DNA of 64,000 nucleotides from Octopus bimaculoides (Eukaryota): contig NC_068986.1 of the NCBI RefSeq assembly GCF_001194135.2, positions 500,553 through 564,552 of the forward strand. Reading direction: 5' to 3'. The notes below the pieces were generated by a model. The model was not told the DNA's origin. It made no database searches and saw only the letters and a list, made by a program, of their open reading frames with translations. Positions 11,740 through 24,860 of the stretch are shown here, in pieces (positions within the stretch are counted from its first letter, which is position 1; each line of letters begins with the position of its first letter). The translations under genes were made by a program, and so were the position numbers.

Positions 11740-11960
11740 GAAATGGGGTTGCTCGACGGGATTTGTTACTCGAATATCAGGGATTTTATCCAGGCCGAGA
11801 CGCTGCTTTTCCGCATTGAGGGGTCACAGTTTCAGTACTAGTAGTCTGTTGCAGGAAAGAATCGCAAGACAGACTCTTCAAGTCAAACCACCCGGGAGGA
11901 GAACTAAGAGTAGACCAAGAGTGAGATGGTTGGATAATATCCAGTCTTTGTCGGTCACTT
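11740..11960 (+). mobile_element. LINE (RTE/CR1-type) C-terminal fragment
   Basis: LRGH..QERIARQTLQVKPPGRRTKSRPRVRWLDNI matches the typical G.R..GRPR.RW.D tail. Confidence 0.7.
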
Positions 11961-12293
11961 TTGGAAACTCCAATGGCGGTTGCTGGTGATAGTGACCTAT
12001 ATAGGAAGCGCCTGACGGCTCTACCAGCATGTCTCACCCAGGAATAGTGAGCGGTGAAAATGGATGAAGGGATGCATGCATGCATGGATGGATGGATGGA
12101 TGGATACTAGTAACACACTACGTCACATGGAGTGTGAATCAAGATTACGGCAAGGGCATATGTGATTGTTCAGTCATTTACAATAGGATTCAATGAATAA
12201 GCAGTTCAATTTCAAATTCTAGAACAACCGACATATTCATCGTCGAAACCGATGAAGATCCATTTACTTTTACCACACCATTTATAAATAAAA

Positions 12294-12326
<33 letters not shown>

Positions 12327-13514
12327 CAGATATGCATTCTTAACTAAAGTGACTTCTATAAGTGATAAATGTATTTACAAGTACGGATATTGAGTTAAAT
12401 CGATAAAAGTCAATAATTTAAATCTTGATTTCTCAACGGAGAATTATCTGATATGATTAGCTGTGTAAAGAATTCTTTCATAAAAATAAATGTATAGATA
12501 TAAATGTATAGATATAAATTTGTTTATCTCGTGATCTTGTTTAAGGAAGTACTGGTATTCATTTTTAAATTAGCTTCTTTGAAATTTGACAGTAAGTAAA
12601 TGAGTAGTCTTCGTATATGTATGTAAGTATGTATATGTTTACCTTTGTGTATATGTGTGTGTGTGTATGTATGTATATATNNNNNNNNNNNNNNNNNNNN
12701 NNNNNNNNNNNNNNNNNNNNNNNNNNNNNNNNNNNNNNNNNNNNNNNNNNNNNNNNNNNNNNNNNNNNNNNNNNNNNNNNNNNNNNNNNNNNNNNNNNNN
12801 NNNNNNNNNNNNNNNNNNNNNNNNNNNNNNNNNNNNNNNNNNNNNNNNNNNNNNNNNNNNNNNNNNNNNNNNNNNNNNNNNNNNNNNNNNNNNNNNNNNN
12901 NNNNNNNNNNNNNNNNNNNNNNNNNNNNNNNNNNNNNNNNNNNNNNNNNNNNNNNNNNNNNNNNNNNNNNNNNNNNNNNNNNNNNNNNNNNNNNNNNNNN
13001 NNNNNNNNNNNNNNNNNNNNNNNNNNNNNNNNNNNNNNNNNNNNNNNNNNNNNNNNNNNNNNNNNNNNNNNNNNNNNNNNNNNNNNNNNNNNNNNNNNNN
13101 NNNNNNNNNNNNNNNNNNNNNNNNNNNNNNNNNNNNNNNNNNNNNNNNNNNNNNNNNNNNNNNNNNNNNNNNNNNNNNNNNNNNNNNNNNNNNNNNNNNN
13201 NNNNNNNNNNNNNNNNNNNNNNNNNNNNNNNNNNNNNNNNNNNNNNNNNNNNNNNNNNNNNNNNNNNNNNNNNNNNNNNNNNNNNNNNNNNNNNNNNNNN
13301 NNNNNNNNNNNNNNNNNNNNNNNNNNNNNNNNNNNNNNNNNNNNNNNNNNNNNNNNNNNNNNNTATATATATATAGACGCAGGCGTGGCTGAGCGTGAGT
13401 ATGTATGTATGCCTTTTTACACCTTGAATAGAAAATAGATATTGTTTGATTAATGATGCGCTGTCAAAGCAAAATATATAAAAATACATACCTAAATATA
13501 TATATATATATATA

Positions 13515-13625
13515 TAAAGATCGATCCCAATACTTACCTTTTAAGCACAGTACTTATTCTATCGGTCTCTAAACAAACCAAAGCCTATTTTCAAACGGTG
13601 GTGAGAGACAAACTGAAACACACAC
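13515..13625 (+). mobile_element. SINE family C fragment
   Basis: AAAGATCGATCCCAATACTTA...GTACTTATTCTATCGGTCTC, shared with copies at 27075, 44040, 47650 and 59612. Confidence 0.65.
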
Positions 13626-13689
13626 ATACATACACACGCACACATACAGACACTCATACATACATACATACATACATACATACATACGA

Positions 13690-13775
13690 AGGACGTCTTT
13701 CAGGTTCCGTCTGACAATCCACTCACTTTGATCGACGCGCGGCTATACTAGGAAACGTTTGCCAAATGTGCCGCA
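13690..13775 (-). mobile_element. SINE family B fragment
   Basis: CTTTCAGGTTCCGTCTGACAATCCACTCAC...GGCTATACTAG...TTTGCCAAATGTGCC. Confidence 0.6.
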
Positions 13776-13839
13776 TATATGTGTGTGTGTACATATATAA
13801 GTTTATACACGTGCATGTATGTATGTATGTGTGTATATA

Positions 13840-14615
13840 CAGAATGTCCCTCCGAAAAATATACACATTTTAACAGCTGATAGCTCAATTTTGATTTTTC
13901 TTTAGATTTCACCGATCAGAATTTAATCCTTTCTACTATACGCACAGGGCCTGGATTTTTTGTGATAGGGAGTCAGGGAGTAAGGGGACAGTCAATCATA
14001 TCGGCTTCGGTAGTCGTCCTGTGTCTCGGAAAGGATGAATGTCAATGTCCTCGCCCGGCGGCATTTGAACTCAGAATGTAAAGCCGAAAGAAATGTCACC
14101 AAGTAGTTTGTCCGGCGCGGTAATGAGTCATTACAAATAATGAAGGTACTAGACTGAATTTTGAACAAAGGAAATTTATGCTAAAAGGCTGCTAGAAGTT
14201 TGAAACCGCAGTCGAAGCAGAAAGACAGCTTAAGAGAGAGCTTGAAAGAGGTCCACCGATGGTCCACCGACCATCGCTCGAATTAAAGATAAGTTTGATG
14301 CTGATGGGACTGTTCAGAATACTTAGACCTTTTTTTAAAAGGTGGCACTTAAGAAGATAACTTTTACGATATAAAACCGGCACAAATCAACGAATTGAAA
14401 GCAGCCAGTGAACAAGAATGCGTACAAACACTAAGCAAAATATTTCTTGTTTCCGATTCCATTGCCTCGTATTATCAACAGTACCCGAACCAGAACAGCG
14501 TTCATTTAAAACGTAAGGTATGTCTGTAGACTCTATCAAATTTTAAAAACGAAATGTTTTAATAAACACTCACTTTATAATCATTCAATATGTTTAGATT
14601 TTGGTGGACGCCATG
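13840..14615 (+). mobile_element. Internally deleted Tc1/mariner element with TA TSDs
   Basis: TA|CAGAATGTCCCTCCGAAAA versus TTTTGGTGGACGCCATG|TA; N-terminal TIARIKDKFDADGTV joined to C-terminal KPAQINELKAASEQEC. Confidence 0.7.
13955..14130 (-). mobile_element. SINE family A nested in the Tc1/mariner relic
   Basis: GGAAAGGATGAATGTCAATG...GGCGGCATTTGAACTCAGAATGTAAAG. Confidence 0.75.
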
Positions 14616-15854
14616 TATATGTATATATTTGTGTGTATGTATTATATATATGAGCGTGTGTGTGTGTGTGTGTGTGTGTGTCTTAAATGCATTGTATCAT
14701 ATAGTTTGAGTAATCAGTATTATATGTCATATATTTCATACCGTTTGCAAATTCCCTGCATTAAATATTTCTCATATGATGTGTACATTTATATTTTGTT
14801 TGTATTTATGCCATATAAAATATTTTATCGTTCATCTTTCTCATTTGAAGAATTTAAGATTTAATATTCTTCAGCACAAGTAGAGAAAATTGTAGAAGCA
14901 AAGAATAAACGATATTTTATTATCAATAAAATGACAACTAACTGTTTTATTTATTTTCGCATAAAACGTGTTGTTGGTTGCACCCATTGATTATTTATAA
15001 TAAAAAAAAAACATTATATAACGTTTACTTGTTCAATTATTTTCGAAACATTTAACAAAACTTAATTAAAAATGATGACCATTAATTGATCTGCTGTCGG
15101 TAATTGTTATTCGATCCACATTCCAAACATTGATGACGTAAGCTCGGTACGAAGGCATTTCAGCAGGACCTTTCATTGTGGATTTCTTGAAAGTGCTGCA
15201 TGTTTCTGAAAAATTTTTCTACAGTAAGTGAAATATGCCGGAGTTTATGCCGATCTTTATGGTATTCAATGGCTCTGTCCCTTCTATTACCATCAATTAA
15301 ATTCTCCGAGTATATGTCTCTGTAAACTACAAACTCATTACAAACGCACTTCTGTAATGAAAGCTTTCAATTAACGATTTATAACTGATGGAGTTAGAAG
15401 ACAATCTGACATTATCAATTATTTTGCGTTTCCTTTAAAATTAAAATCTATTATCAGTAGTTCATTCCCGCCATGTTGTATATGTGGACGATAATGGAAT
15501 TTTAAATCTGAGAGGAATTACTTAAGTCAGTCAGGTGTTGAGCTAACATCGGATTAATATTGTTAGGACGTAGGAAATATCATTATACGAAAAGAAAACT
15601 TTTCCACATATGTTCGCCAACATTTAAATTCAACTACACAATCTCTGTTTTCACTCAGCACTTCCAGTCTGAAGTTTTCTAGGTTCTATTTATCTTCGCA
15701 GTTTCTTCCAATTTTTTCCCCATATTTCTATTTATTGGGGAAACTTTGCATGTCATTGGCGAAATAAATTTTTCAATAAATCATTAAATACATTAGGGTG
15801 AAATTTTGGTTCTCGTGTGTCAACATTAACAATACTAGGCGTTGCTGTAACTGC

Positions 15855-16058
15855 TTTCATAATTACACAAGGCCAGCAATTTTGAGGGAGAGGTAAATCG
15901 ATTACATCGATCCCTTGTGCTCAACTGACACTTATTTTATTGATTTCGCAAGGATGAAAGGTAAGGTTGATCTCGGAACTTGAACTCAGAACGTAAAGAC
16001 AGATGAAATGCCACTCTGAACATTTTGCTCGCTCTGCTAACGATTCTGCCAGCGAGCA
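15855..16058 (-). mobile_element. SINE family A, near full length
   Basis: Head GCTGGCAGAATCGTTAGC (A-box), GAGTTCAAGTTCC (B-box), central domain and tail. Confidence 0.85.
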
Positions 16059-16377
16059 GCCGTTGCCGCTGCTGTAATTCATAATTAATAGTATATCCTT
16101 CAACTATTACACTGTTGTTCTATGAACGCACGTGTGTGTGCGCGCGCGGGTGTGTACATGTCTGTGGGTGCGTGCATGAGTGTGCACGTATGTGTGTGTG
16201 TGTGGTGCGGTGTGTTATTTTCACAAGAAAAAGCTTCGCAGGGAATTCGAAGTTTCGTCTTAGACACCCGACAAATGCGGCCAAATTGTACGTTGAAGCC
16301 ATTATCAACCTTTTGTAAAATATTTATAATACTATCTAAATGTATTGAATGATCAATGTTTGATTTATATATATATG

Positions 16378-16412
<35 letters not shown>

Positions 16413-16539
16413 ACATATTTATACACACACGCGCGCACACATTCATACATATATATATATCACATATGTATATATAAATTCACATGTATATATGTCATTG
16501 TTCAGTTTTATTTCAAGATTTCTTGCCAATAGAGAAAGA

Positions 16540-17590
16540 TAATTACAGGTCTAAACCTGAACTTATAATCTGAATAGAGTAACTGCAGAATTCTCAATAG
16601 TTCAGCGTAGCTATTCTCTTTTTCACTGATCTTCAGCTTTATGTTAACGTCCGCTCGGCAGCTAATTTCTACAGTTGTACACAGTTTCTCTTCTCTATGT
16701 CAAATCATTATATCTGGTCTGTTGTGCTTTCATTTTATTGAGGTCTTCACTGGGAAATTCCGCCAGAACTCCTTTTTATTATGAGTGGCTCTGGCTTCCA
16801 CCATACTGAGGATTCTTATTTCTTTGCCCTCGGGGTTATCCTTCCGACGGATTTCATTACAGAGTGTCATAGCTACAACATCATGTCTCATCGGTAGATA
16901 ACACTGTGATGACATTTTCGGACAACTGCTTATGATGTGGGTGATATCTTCAGTGTGAACTCCACAAAGTCTGCATCGGTTGTCACATTTTACTGCTTTT
17001 CTTGCATCTCTATCCCTTTTCTGCAGCAGGGACCTGGTTGATATTTCCTATTCCTGGATTGCAAACGCATACCCTTCAAAGTGGGAGATAGTAATCCGGC
17101 AATTGGTCCATTATAGACTGCTTTCATGATCAATGTTACTATCATCTCGAGGCTTTCTACTATCATATCCATGCATAGTCTTCTGCTCATATAGGCTCAT
17201 CCATTCATCTGATGATACGTTGCGGTAGAGTCGTGCAACTTCTTTGGGCATGTATTCTAGGTTATCTGACAAAGAGTGTTGCTCAAGGACCTGCCTTCCA
17301 AGTCTTATGATGTTATCAATCTCATGTATGCAAACTTGGTCAAGAGATGGACTTCGACACTTGGCAGTTAAAAGATGTTGCCGAAGGGATATGATACGAC
17401 ATTCAAAGGCATTTTAGATCGATGTTAAGCCTCTGCTACTTTGTTTTCGTTTTAGGTCGAGGTGGTCTACGTCACTGTTTATGTGGGAATAATGTGTGTT
17501 TGTTAGTATTTTTCGGGTTTTGACATCAATGGCTCGGAACTCATCAAGCGTCCAATCAAGCAGCCAAATGTTGGTATGAGTACTGGCACT
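16540..17590 (-). mobile_element. R4/Dong-like non-LTR retrotransposon 3' region (REL endonuclease), decayed
   Basis: DWTLDEFRAIDVKTRKIL; CRLCGVHTEDITHIISSC (CCHC knuckle); RHDVVA; NRPDIMI; VEISC; KENSYAEL. Confidence 0.85.
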
Positions 17591-18697
17591 GTTAACATAT
17601 ATATATATACATACATATATATATATCCTAATCGATTAATTGTAAAGGTGCTTAGCCTAGTGAGTTGATAAGGTAGTGATGCCGATTCCTGGGCTTGGTG
17701 TGTTGTTATCTCCCTGAGAAAGATGCAGTATATTGTTACTTCAACATACCAAATGCTGTATCTCTCGCACTCTTTCCCTCCAGTTGTCACATCTGCGATG
17801 TTCTTCTGCGTTGCGAGTGAGGGAGAAGAGAGACAGTCTACGTCTGATCACGATATAAAGGCACCTAAAACAGTTATCAAAAGTATGTAGAATGTCACCA
17901 AGCCATACTCGCTTGCGAATGACGGCTATACTTTTAATCCAAGAGTTACTTTTAGTTATTGAAGGCAACAGAAACACTCATGATCTGTACACCGCTGAAT
18001 TTCAGGCTGCTTGCAAAAGCGAATTCTCTTGTCTTTGCAGACTGTATAGTTATATCTGACAGTAGCATAAAAACAATCGATATTTCAAATGGCAGTTCGG
18101 TATATTCTTTTGGCAACGTCTTTAAAACGTAGTCCGGCTGCTTCCCTTTTTGATCGTCTGCATATTTATAAGTAATCGATAGACAGACTGTAGTAACGGA
18201 AACCGTTCAAATTTGTTTCCCTTACTTGCCGGACCAGAGAATTATAGATAGACCTAATATTTTTGCCAGTCACTATATTTAACCCGCCTGGAGTTATTTT
18301 TGATTTTAACAGCATTCGAAATTATTAAATCTCAGAATGATTTGATAATCACCAAATTAATCACTTTATGCTCTTACACCTACAATAAATGGTGTAAGAA
18401 GAGAATAACTAAGCTAATTATAATTTTTATTGAAGAAACTAATGTACAGATTTATCCTCATACTGAGATATACAAAGCTGTTCGAAACCTGTAAAACTGA
18501 AGAAACAGAACATGGCCTACTATAGCTTATCTCTGCCCCAGAGTTAAACAGACGTCTAACTTTAAACTACCGCATCAAATATATCACAATATCAGTTAAA
18601 GCAAGCTAAACTTAGATATTTCAAAAAATAGAAGTTTAATGTTTTGGATTTCAGAACTAAATATCGCTTTACAGAGACGCGCGAATATAAGTATGTA

Positions 18698-18935
18698 TAT
18701 TCCAGAGTGGTCTGAACAGTTCCTAGGCTGACCATGAAGGAGAGATACTAGAGCTATGAAAACTTGCATACATTAATTTCGACCCCTCTTATTAATAACT
18801 ACATCGTTTCTTTCCAGGGAAACTGACATATAACTGTTCAAAGAAGACTTCAAAAACAGCTAGTAGCGATTTCCCTTGAAAATTGAGAAAATTTGGCATC
18901 GCGGTGCTATCAAATACCTGCAGAAGGGCTTAACC
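18698..18935 (+). mobile_element. Mariner 5' end fragment
   Basis: TIR-like start followed by EKIWHRGAIKYLQKGLT, a mariner N-terminal HTH start. Confidence 0.6.
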
Positions 18936-21070
18936 TGAAGTTAGTCATTCAAATTCGTTTTTCGATCATTCAATTTCGCACTTCGGTCAAAGAATTTAGC
19001 ATTGACATCATTCACATTAAAATGCCCGTCGAGAGCATTCGAATTAGTTGGAATGTGAGGAAGCGTCTTTTCGAGCATTCAAGTTCGTTTCCGAGCAATC
19101 TATTTAACGCTTCGAGCAATCAAATTAGCACGAGAGTTGTTTTGGTTTTATCTCATGATCATTTTTATCATAGTCATGTGTTTTCATCCATTGTTTATGC
19201 TTTAAGCGCTTTATCGTGCCCATGCCTTTTCTATGTGTTCTTTTATTTTTGCATAGGTACATGTATTTATTGTTAAAGACATCATGAAATCGCATTCCAG
19301 CCTTTTCAATCTTTTTAAAGAAACTCACAATAACAACAAATGCTCGTTTTCTTTGATTCTGAATATATTANNNNNNNNNNNNNNNNNNNNNNNNNNNNNN
19401 NNNNNNNNNNNNNNNNNNNNNNNNNNNNNNNNNNNNNNNNNNNNNNNNNNNNNNNNNNNNNNNNNNNNNNNNNNNNNGCTATGTGCACTCAGATAATTAT
19501 TGATTCACAGTCTTGATAAGGAGTTCATTTGAGAGGATTTAACCGTCTATTTCCTGGCGGTCGATGCATCTCGAAAGGTAGGTCTGGGTGTGTCTAAACC
19601 AATGAACACAATTTTCTGGAGTGATAGTGTTGATGTTTCGACTTGCGACCTGTTGTATGACATGTGCACGCCGTTCTTCCATGATCATGCTGGCTTCTTC
19701 TGCAGCTGCCCGGTCGCCAACCCTTTGCTGCAACTCAGCTCGAGCGAGGTCCCGCTTGACAGCCGCCTTAACGGCAGAATGCACCATTTCCGTACAACTA
19801 AGAAACGGCGAGTAGAGAGGCAGGAGTTTCAGACTGATCGGTGTCAGCGTCAGCCGGGAGCTCGGCACGAACGTCTGGCCACGCGTAGATCAAGTAGACG
19901 GATTCATCCGTTGGGAGTATGTCGGCACATGCTCAAACTGTTTCCGCCATGAACCCCTCAAGAGTTTCGTGTAACGGTATCGTTCACAACGGAGTGGTGA
20001 ACCAGGACGATTTCTCCCAACACTGCAAAAGTGGCGTTGCAGTTTTTCCCACGCTGACGGTTGACAACTCGGTGAACAGGAACGCCTCGAGGGCCTCGTC
20101 CAAAAGACTGCCTGATCCAAATGTACCCACATCCATCAATGAATACACAATGGCTGACGACTCCCACTTCCATGAACTAATGAGCATACTCATAGCACTT
20201 TTCCAGAGCTCTTGAGGCATTTATTGCATCTGCGACGTCTTCGGCCAACTTCATAGTTATCAACATCCCATCTAGAGCGCATGAGATTTCAGACACGGAA
20301 ACAGGCGGCTTTTCGGTCAATGCTGTCTCTAAGTCAGCATTGACCGAAAGTCCCTCTTCATCTGTTGAAGAGTTGCGAGTAGGTTATCATTAATAATCAC
20401 CTGGAGCTTGGCTCGCATTTCCTCTTCGACCTTAACGTGGTGAGCACCTTCTCTGGGCAACTTGTGGCGCCTCCCAGACCGTAGGTGGGTCGCAACTATG
20501 GATCGGTTAGTAATCCTTTTAATGCTAAGTGTGTCTGCCAGTTTCAGGTAATCGGTTTGATGCCCCTCGAAGGCGTCAACCAGCCTTACCGTATCTTCGT
20601 CCGATAGACGCATGTACCTTACACGTGGTTCCATGATTAAAAGTTGGTGTAAGAGAAAGGGATATAGAGTGATGCTGATACCTACCGATTACGAATGTTG
20701 CGTGAAAAAGACTTTCGTGGACAGAAGAATCACGAAATCTATTTCTCCCTCGTAGCTAATAACAACATAATAAAAATTGCATGACAAAGCATTGCATTTA
20801 AGTTTGTCACTTCTTAGAATGTGATTAAAAACACACATGTAAAATTAGAGCTAAATTGAATAAACTTATTCCGGACTTGAATGCTCAAGTGCGAATTTGA
20901 ATACTCGAAAAGACCCTTCCTCGCATTCCGACTAATTTGAATGCTCTCGACGAGCATTTTAATTTGAATAATGTGCGAAATTGAATGATCGAAAAATGAA
21001 TTTGAATGACGAACTTCATTTTTTTCGTAACTTTGAATGACCCGATTGTCAAATTGAATGACAAACGTAC
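18936..21070 (-). mobile_element. IS630-Tc1-mariner superfamily element with long sub-repeated TIRs and a disrupted transposase (about 20634 to 19540)
   Basis: TIRs at 18936-19090 and 20870-21018; HTH region; CVFIDGCGY..FGRGPRG; LLPLYSPFLSCTE; frameshifts present. Confidence 0.85.
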
Positions 21071-21147
21071 GAAGATGACAGCAAAAACCTATATTATATA
21101 TATATCATATATATATATATATATATGTATATATAATACACACACAC

Positions 21148-21154
<7 letters not shown>

Positions 21155-21197
<43 letters not shown>
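21155..21197. repeat. (GT)n microsatellite
   Basis: Direct run. Confidence 0.95.
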
Positions 21198-21199
<2 letters not shown>

Positions 21200-22239
21200 A
21201 GAGAGTTAATATGAAATCTCTAATAGAGCTTTGCACGATGTAATCTTTATACAAATGTAATGTCTACATATACGTGTGTTTACACACGCACGTGTTCACA
21301 AACACACACACACACACACATACATATGCATGTATGTCTATATGTATGTGCGTATATATGTGTATTTTTTGTAAAATCGACATCAGAGAAGAATGGTGGA
21401 AAGAAAATTAGTAGGAATTGTGTTTAGTGTTGAAGAGGACATCATGAGATGTGTAGTGAATGATTGAAGGTGGTGAAATATGTCAACATAACAATTTACC
21501 TACAAACATCGATGTATAGGTAATGAAACATTGATTAATTGGTAAATCAATACTGTTCCAATAGAAGCGAGAAACATTATAGAAAACATCAAATGGAAGG
21601 TGTGTTTAACGAATCCTTCTAAGCACCGACATTGGTAGTGTGGTTTGTCTATGAGGCCTTTCAGACTATAATTACATATAGAAATCTGAGGAATGCATTT
21701 ACGGTTATTTAAACTGGTCTTCGACATCATCCGTGAGCTAGTTAGATTTGTATTGATTACAACTCATTTAACAAAGCTTTCTAATTTACAATGCTGTTTA
21801 AATGTTTGGCCAATGGGGAATCAATAGGCTATAATGAATTAACTGGAGATCATTTAACGTATGGAAAGACATGAGGAAAGGAAAAAAAAACCTTTCATTT
21901 AATCGTTTGCCGTTCACAAAGTAGGTACGAACGTTACTTGTTTGGTGGTTCCGTTGAATTCATCCATCTGTTTGTTTTTGAACAAATACGAAGAAGAAAC
22001 TATATACGGACTGAAATGTTAGTCGAACTATCGAATTAGATACCATCACACTAATTAAAGTTTAAAACCAAATTTATTTTGAGAAACAATAAAAAAAAAA
22101 GCATTTGTTTATTGTTTCTCAAAATAAAATTAGGTCACATCCAAAAAGAAAACAGAAATCCTGAGATAGTTAAATACAAGACTTTTTTTCTTTCTCGATA
22201 ACAATTATAGGTAATAGTCAGATATTGCGATAATTGATT

Positions 22240-22454
22240 ATTCTTTCCATTATAGGCACAAGATCCGAAATTTTGGACGCTGGAGCTAGTCGATTATATC
22301 ATCTCCAGTATTTAACTGGTACTTATTTCATCACTCCGAAAGGATGAAAGGAAAAATCGACTTCGGCAGAGTTTGAAATCAGAGCACAAAGAGCCAGAAG
22401 AAATTCTGCTAGTCATTTCGTCCCATGCACTAATAATTCTACCAGCTCGTCGCC
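22240..22454 (-). mobile_element. SINE family A, full length (first of a tandem pair)
   Basis: Head, B-box, central domain and tail all recognisable. Confidence 0.85.
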
Positions 22455-22469
22455 GTCGTGCACTCATAA

Positions 22470-22687
22470 ATAATCCATTCTACTATAGGCACTTGGCCTA
22501 AAATTTGATGGGAAGGAGATAGACGAATACATCAACCCCAGTGCTCAACTGGTACTAATTTCATCGACCCTGAAAAGATGAAAGGCAAAGTCGACCTCGG
22601 CGGAATGTGAACTCAAAACGTAAAGACGACCGAAGAGTCGCGATGTACTTTGTCCGGCGTGCTAATGATTCTGCCAGCTCGCCACCT
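22470..22687 (-). mobile_element. SINE family A, full length (second of the tandem pair)
   Basis: GGCGAGCTGGCAGAATCATTAGC head; GAGGTCGACTTTGCCTTTCATC central domain. Confidence 0.9.
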
Positions 22688-23363
22688 TCTGGTGATGATT
22701 AATACTAGATGTAAATTATGCATGTGCATATGAGAGAACGAGAAACTGGCATGATAGCGTAGTTTAAAGTTGAGCTCTGGTAGGATATTATACGTGAAGC
22801 TGATTTGTAAATAGTAAATGTTTGTGACGTCTTTCTTGGGCGTGTTAAATATGTAGAAGAGATTCTTAAGCTATCTGTTTAGTTCATTGATAATCTCATA
22901 TTGTGTCTTATATCGTCTGAGAACAACATATACTGAAATAAATATGCTCCAGGTTAAGTGAATATATAAAATAGGTTAAGTAAAAGAGTGAATTTCCAGT
23001 AGGTCTTGGCGGTTAGCATTAGGTCTCTGCTCCTCATGAAATTAATGCTCCACAGACACGAAATTTTAACGCCGTTTTTAAGCCGAATATATTAAGATTG
23101 GAATTTTGAATTGCAGCGAGAGGGGGAGAAAGATTCCAAAAGGATGAAAGGCAATGCTAGCATTTTGTACGTAGTCGCTGTGTATCATAAAACGAAAGTA
23201 AGTATTAGAAGACAAAGCTTTAGATAAAATGAAAGCAATTGTATATCCCATGCAGAGAAAGAGAGTGTGTGTGAGAGAGAGAGAGAGGGGGGGCAGCATG
23301 CTGAAAGATAATACTTATCCAGAGAGAGTGATAAAGTGATAAATATATAGAGAGAATGGAATG

Positions 23364-23367
<4 letters not shown>

Positions 23368-23408
<41 letters not shown>
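23368..23408. repeat. (GA)n microsatellite
   Basis: Direct run. Confidence 0.95.
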
Positions 23409-23412
<4 letters not shown>

Positions 23413-23703
23413 GATAGAGAGGCTGATGGTGGCAGATAGAGTAGAAGTTATATCGATCTAAAAGTTGAATTATTTCTCGTAGCTAATTATATATATTTTT
23501 TTTTTACGGACAACCTTCTCTATGGGACGCAGATTTCAAAAATCAAATTTGTTTTTCTCGAGGATGAACCGTTTCAGTGCCTTTCGTGGCTCAACATACA
23601 CATGTAACAGCATACACTCTTATTTATATGTAATATAGATATACACACACACATACTTATTGCATATAGTACAAACTTACATATATATGTGTGTGTATAT
23701 AAA

Positions 23704-23739
<36 letters not shown>

Positions 23740-24669
23740 GTATACATATATATATATATATGACTAGGTTTGTGTGTATATATGTAATGGATTTCATATA
23801 TGCGATTTCATGTGCATGCGTGAATATGTGTGTAGATGTGTGTATCTTAATCATCAGTTGTATTGTAACATATTATTAGCTGCACCAGAACATGTTCTTA
23901 AGAACAGCATGATTGCATGCGATCTCACATTCCTTTCGTCAAAATGGTTAGTATTCTTCTGTTCATCTAAAGAATCAATAGCAAGTAAAAAACTTAGCCA
24001 GATATATTCAGAAAATTAGATCGTCCAATAGAGATAACCGTTATTTATATTGAATTCTTATCTTCTGACATAATCTACATATTTGTATATATTTCATACA
24101 TTCAGGGCATGAACTGAAACACTTTTTTTTAACTTAAGAAGATCAACGATCTTTATCTCTTTCAATCCATTTCACATAATAACTAAAGCTTGATCTTTTC
24201 TTTAGCTTCGCCAAGGAAAATATCTTGCAAAGATCAAAAAGATTGCTTATTTTTCTGTCGATGTTTTCACTGAAAATGTCATTTCCGGTAACACCTATCT
24301 ATATTGGAAATCTTTATGGCTCATCTCGAAAATAAGTACAAACTACTGCTTCAGTCAATCTGAAGGTTATAACAGTTGTTAGCGATCAATATCCGCTTGC
24401 TGAATATCGTATTGGGTTCTATGTGAATAGCTCAGAACGTAACGATTAGAGATACATATTATGTGAGAGAGACATTAGCTTTAGTTGCTACGATATATCT
24501 AATGGATAGGATTCTCAAGAAAAAATATCCATAAAAGAGACATGTATAATGATATATTTGTGTACGTGCGTGCTCACACGTACCAATAAGCTTGTATTTA
24601 TTTGTGAATTTACAAATACCTAAGTAGTATATGTGTGTATTGCGTATATAGTATTATATATCTTTTACA

Positions 24670-24760
24670 GCCAATCTTACCAATCGGTTTCGCACTAGGG
24701 GTTCAACGGAATGTTAGGTAACAGTCCACTTATGTAACCCTGCGCTCATCAGCTCTCCTG
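24670..24760 (-). ncRNA. Degenerate hammerhead-like motif with extended helix II
   Basis: CUGAUGA-gcgcaggguu...aaccccuagugc-GAAA-CCGAUUGGUA; helix I does not pair. Confidence 0.45.
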
Positions 24761-24860
24761 TGTGGCCCCTCTGTCCGGTATTCGCCATGATAGATCGCTA
24801 GCCACTGAACCTTTTTCTATTTTCTCTCCCTGTTTATTTCTGTGTTCCTTTCTGTGACAA
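24760..24860 (+). mobile_element. PLE-type terminal (pLTR-like) repeat fragment
   Basis: Similar to 42335-42435 and ends at TCCTTTCTGT, the start of that copy's hammerhead-like core. Confidence 0.45.

Noticed and set aside
14900-15800. AT-rich stretch with an LLIIDFNF motif reminiscent of an APE endonuclease; similar hints at 25900-27000 and 23880-24460
   Set aside because: The motifs are too weak to support without an HMM search.
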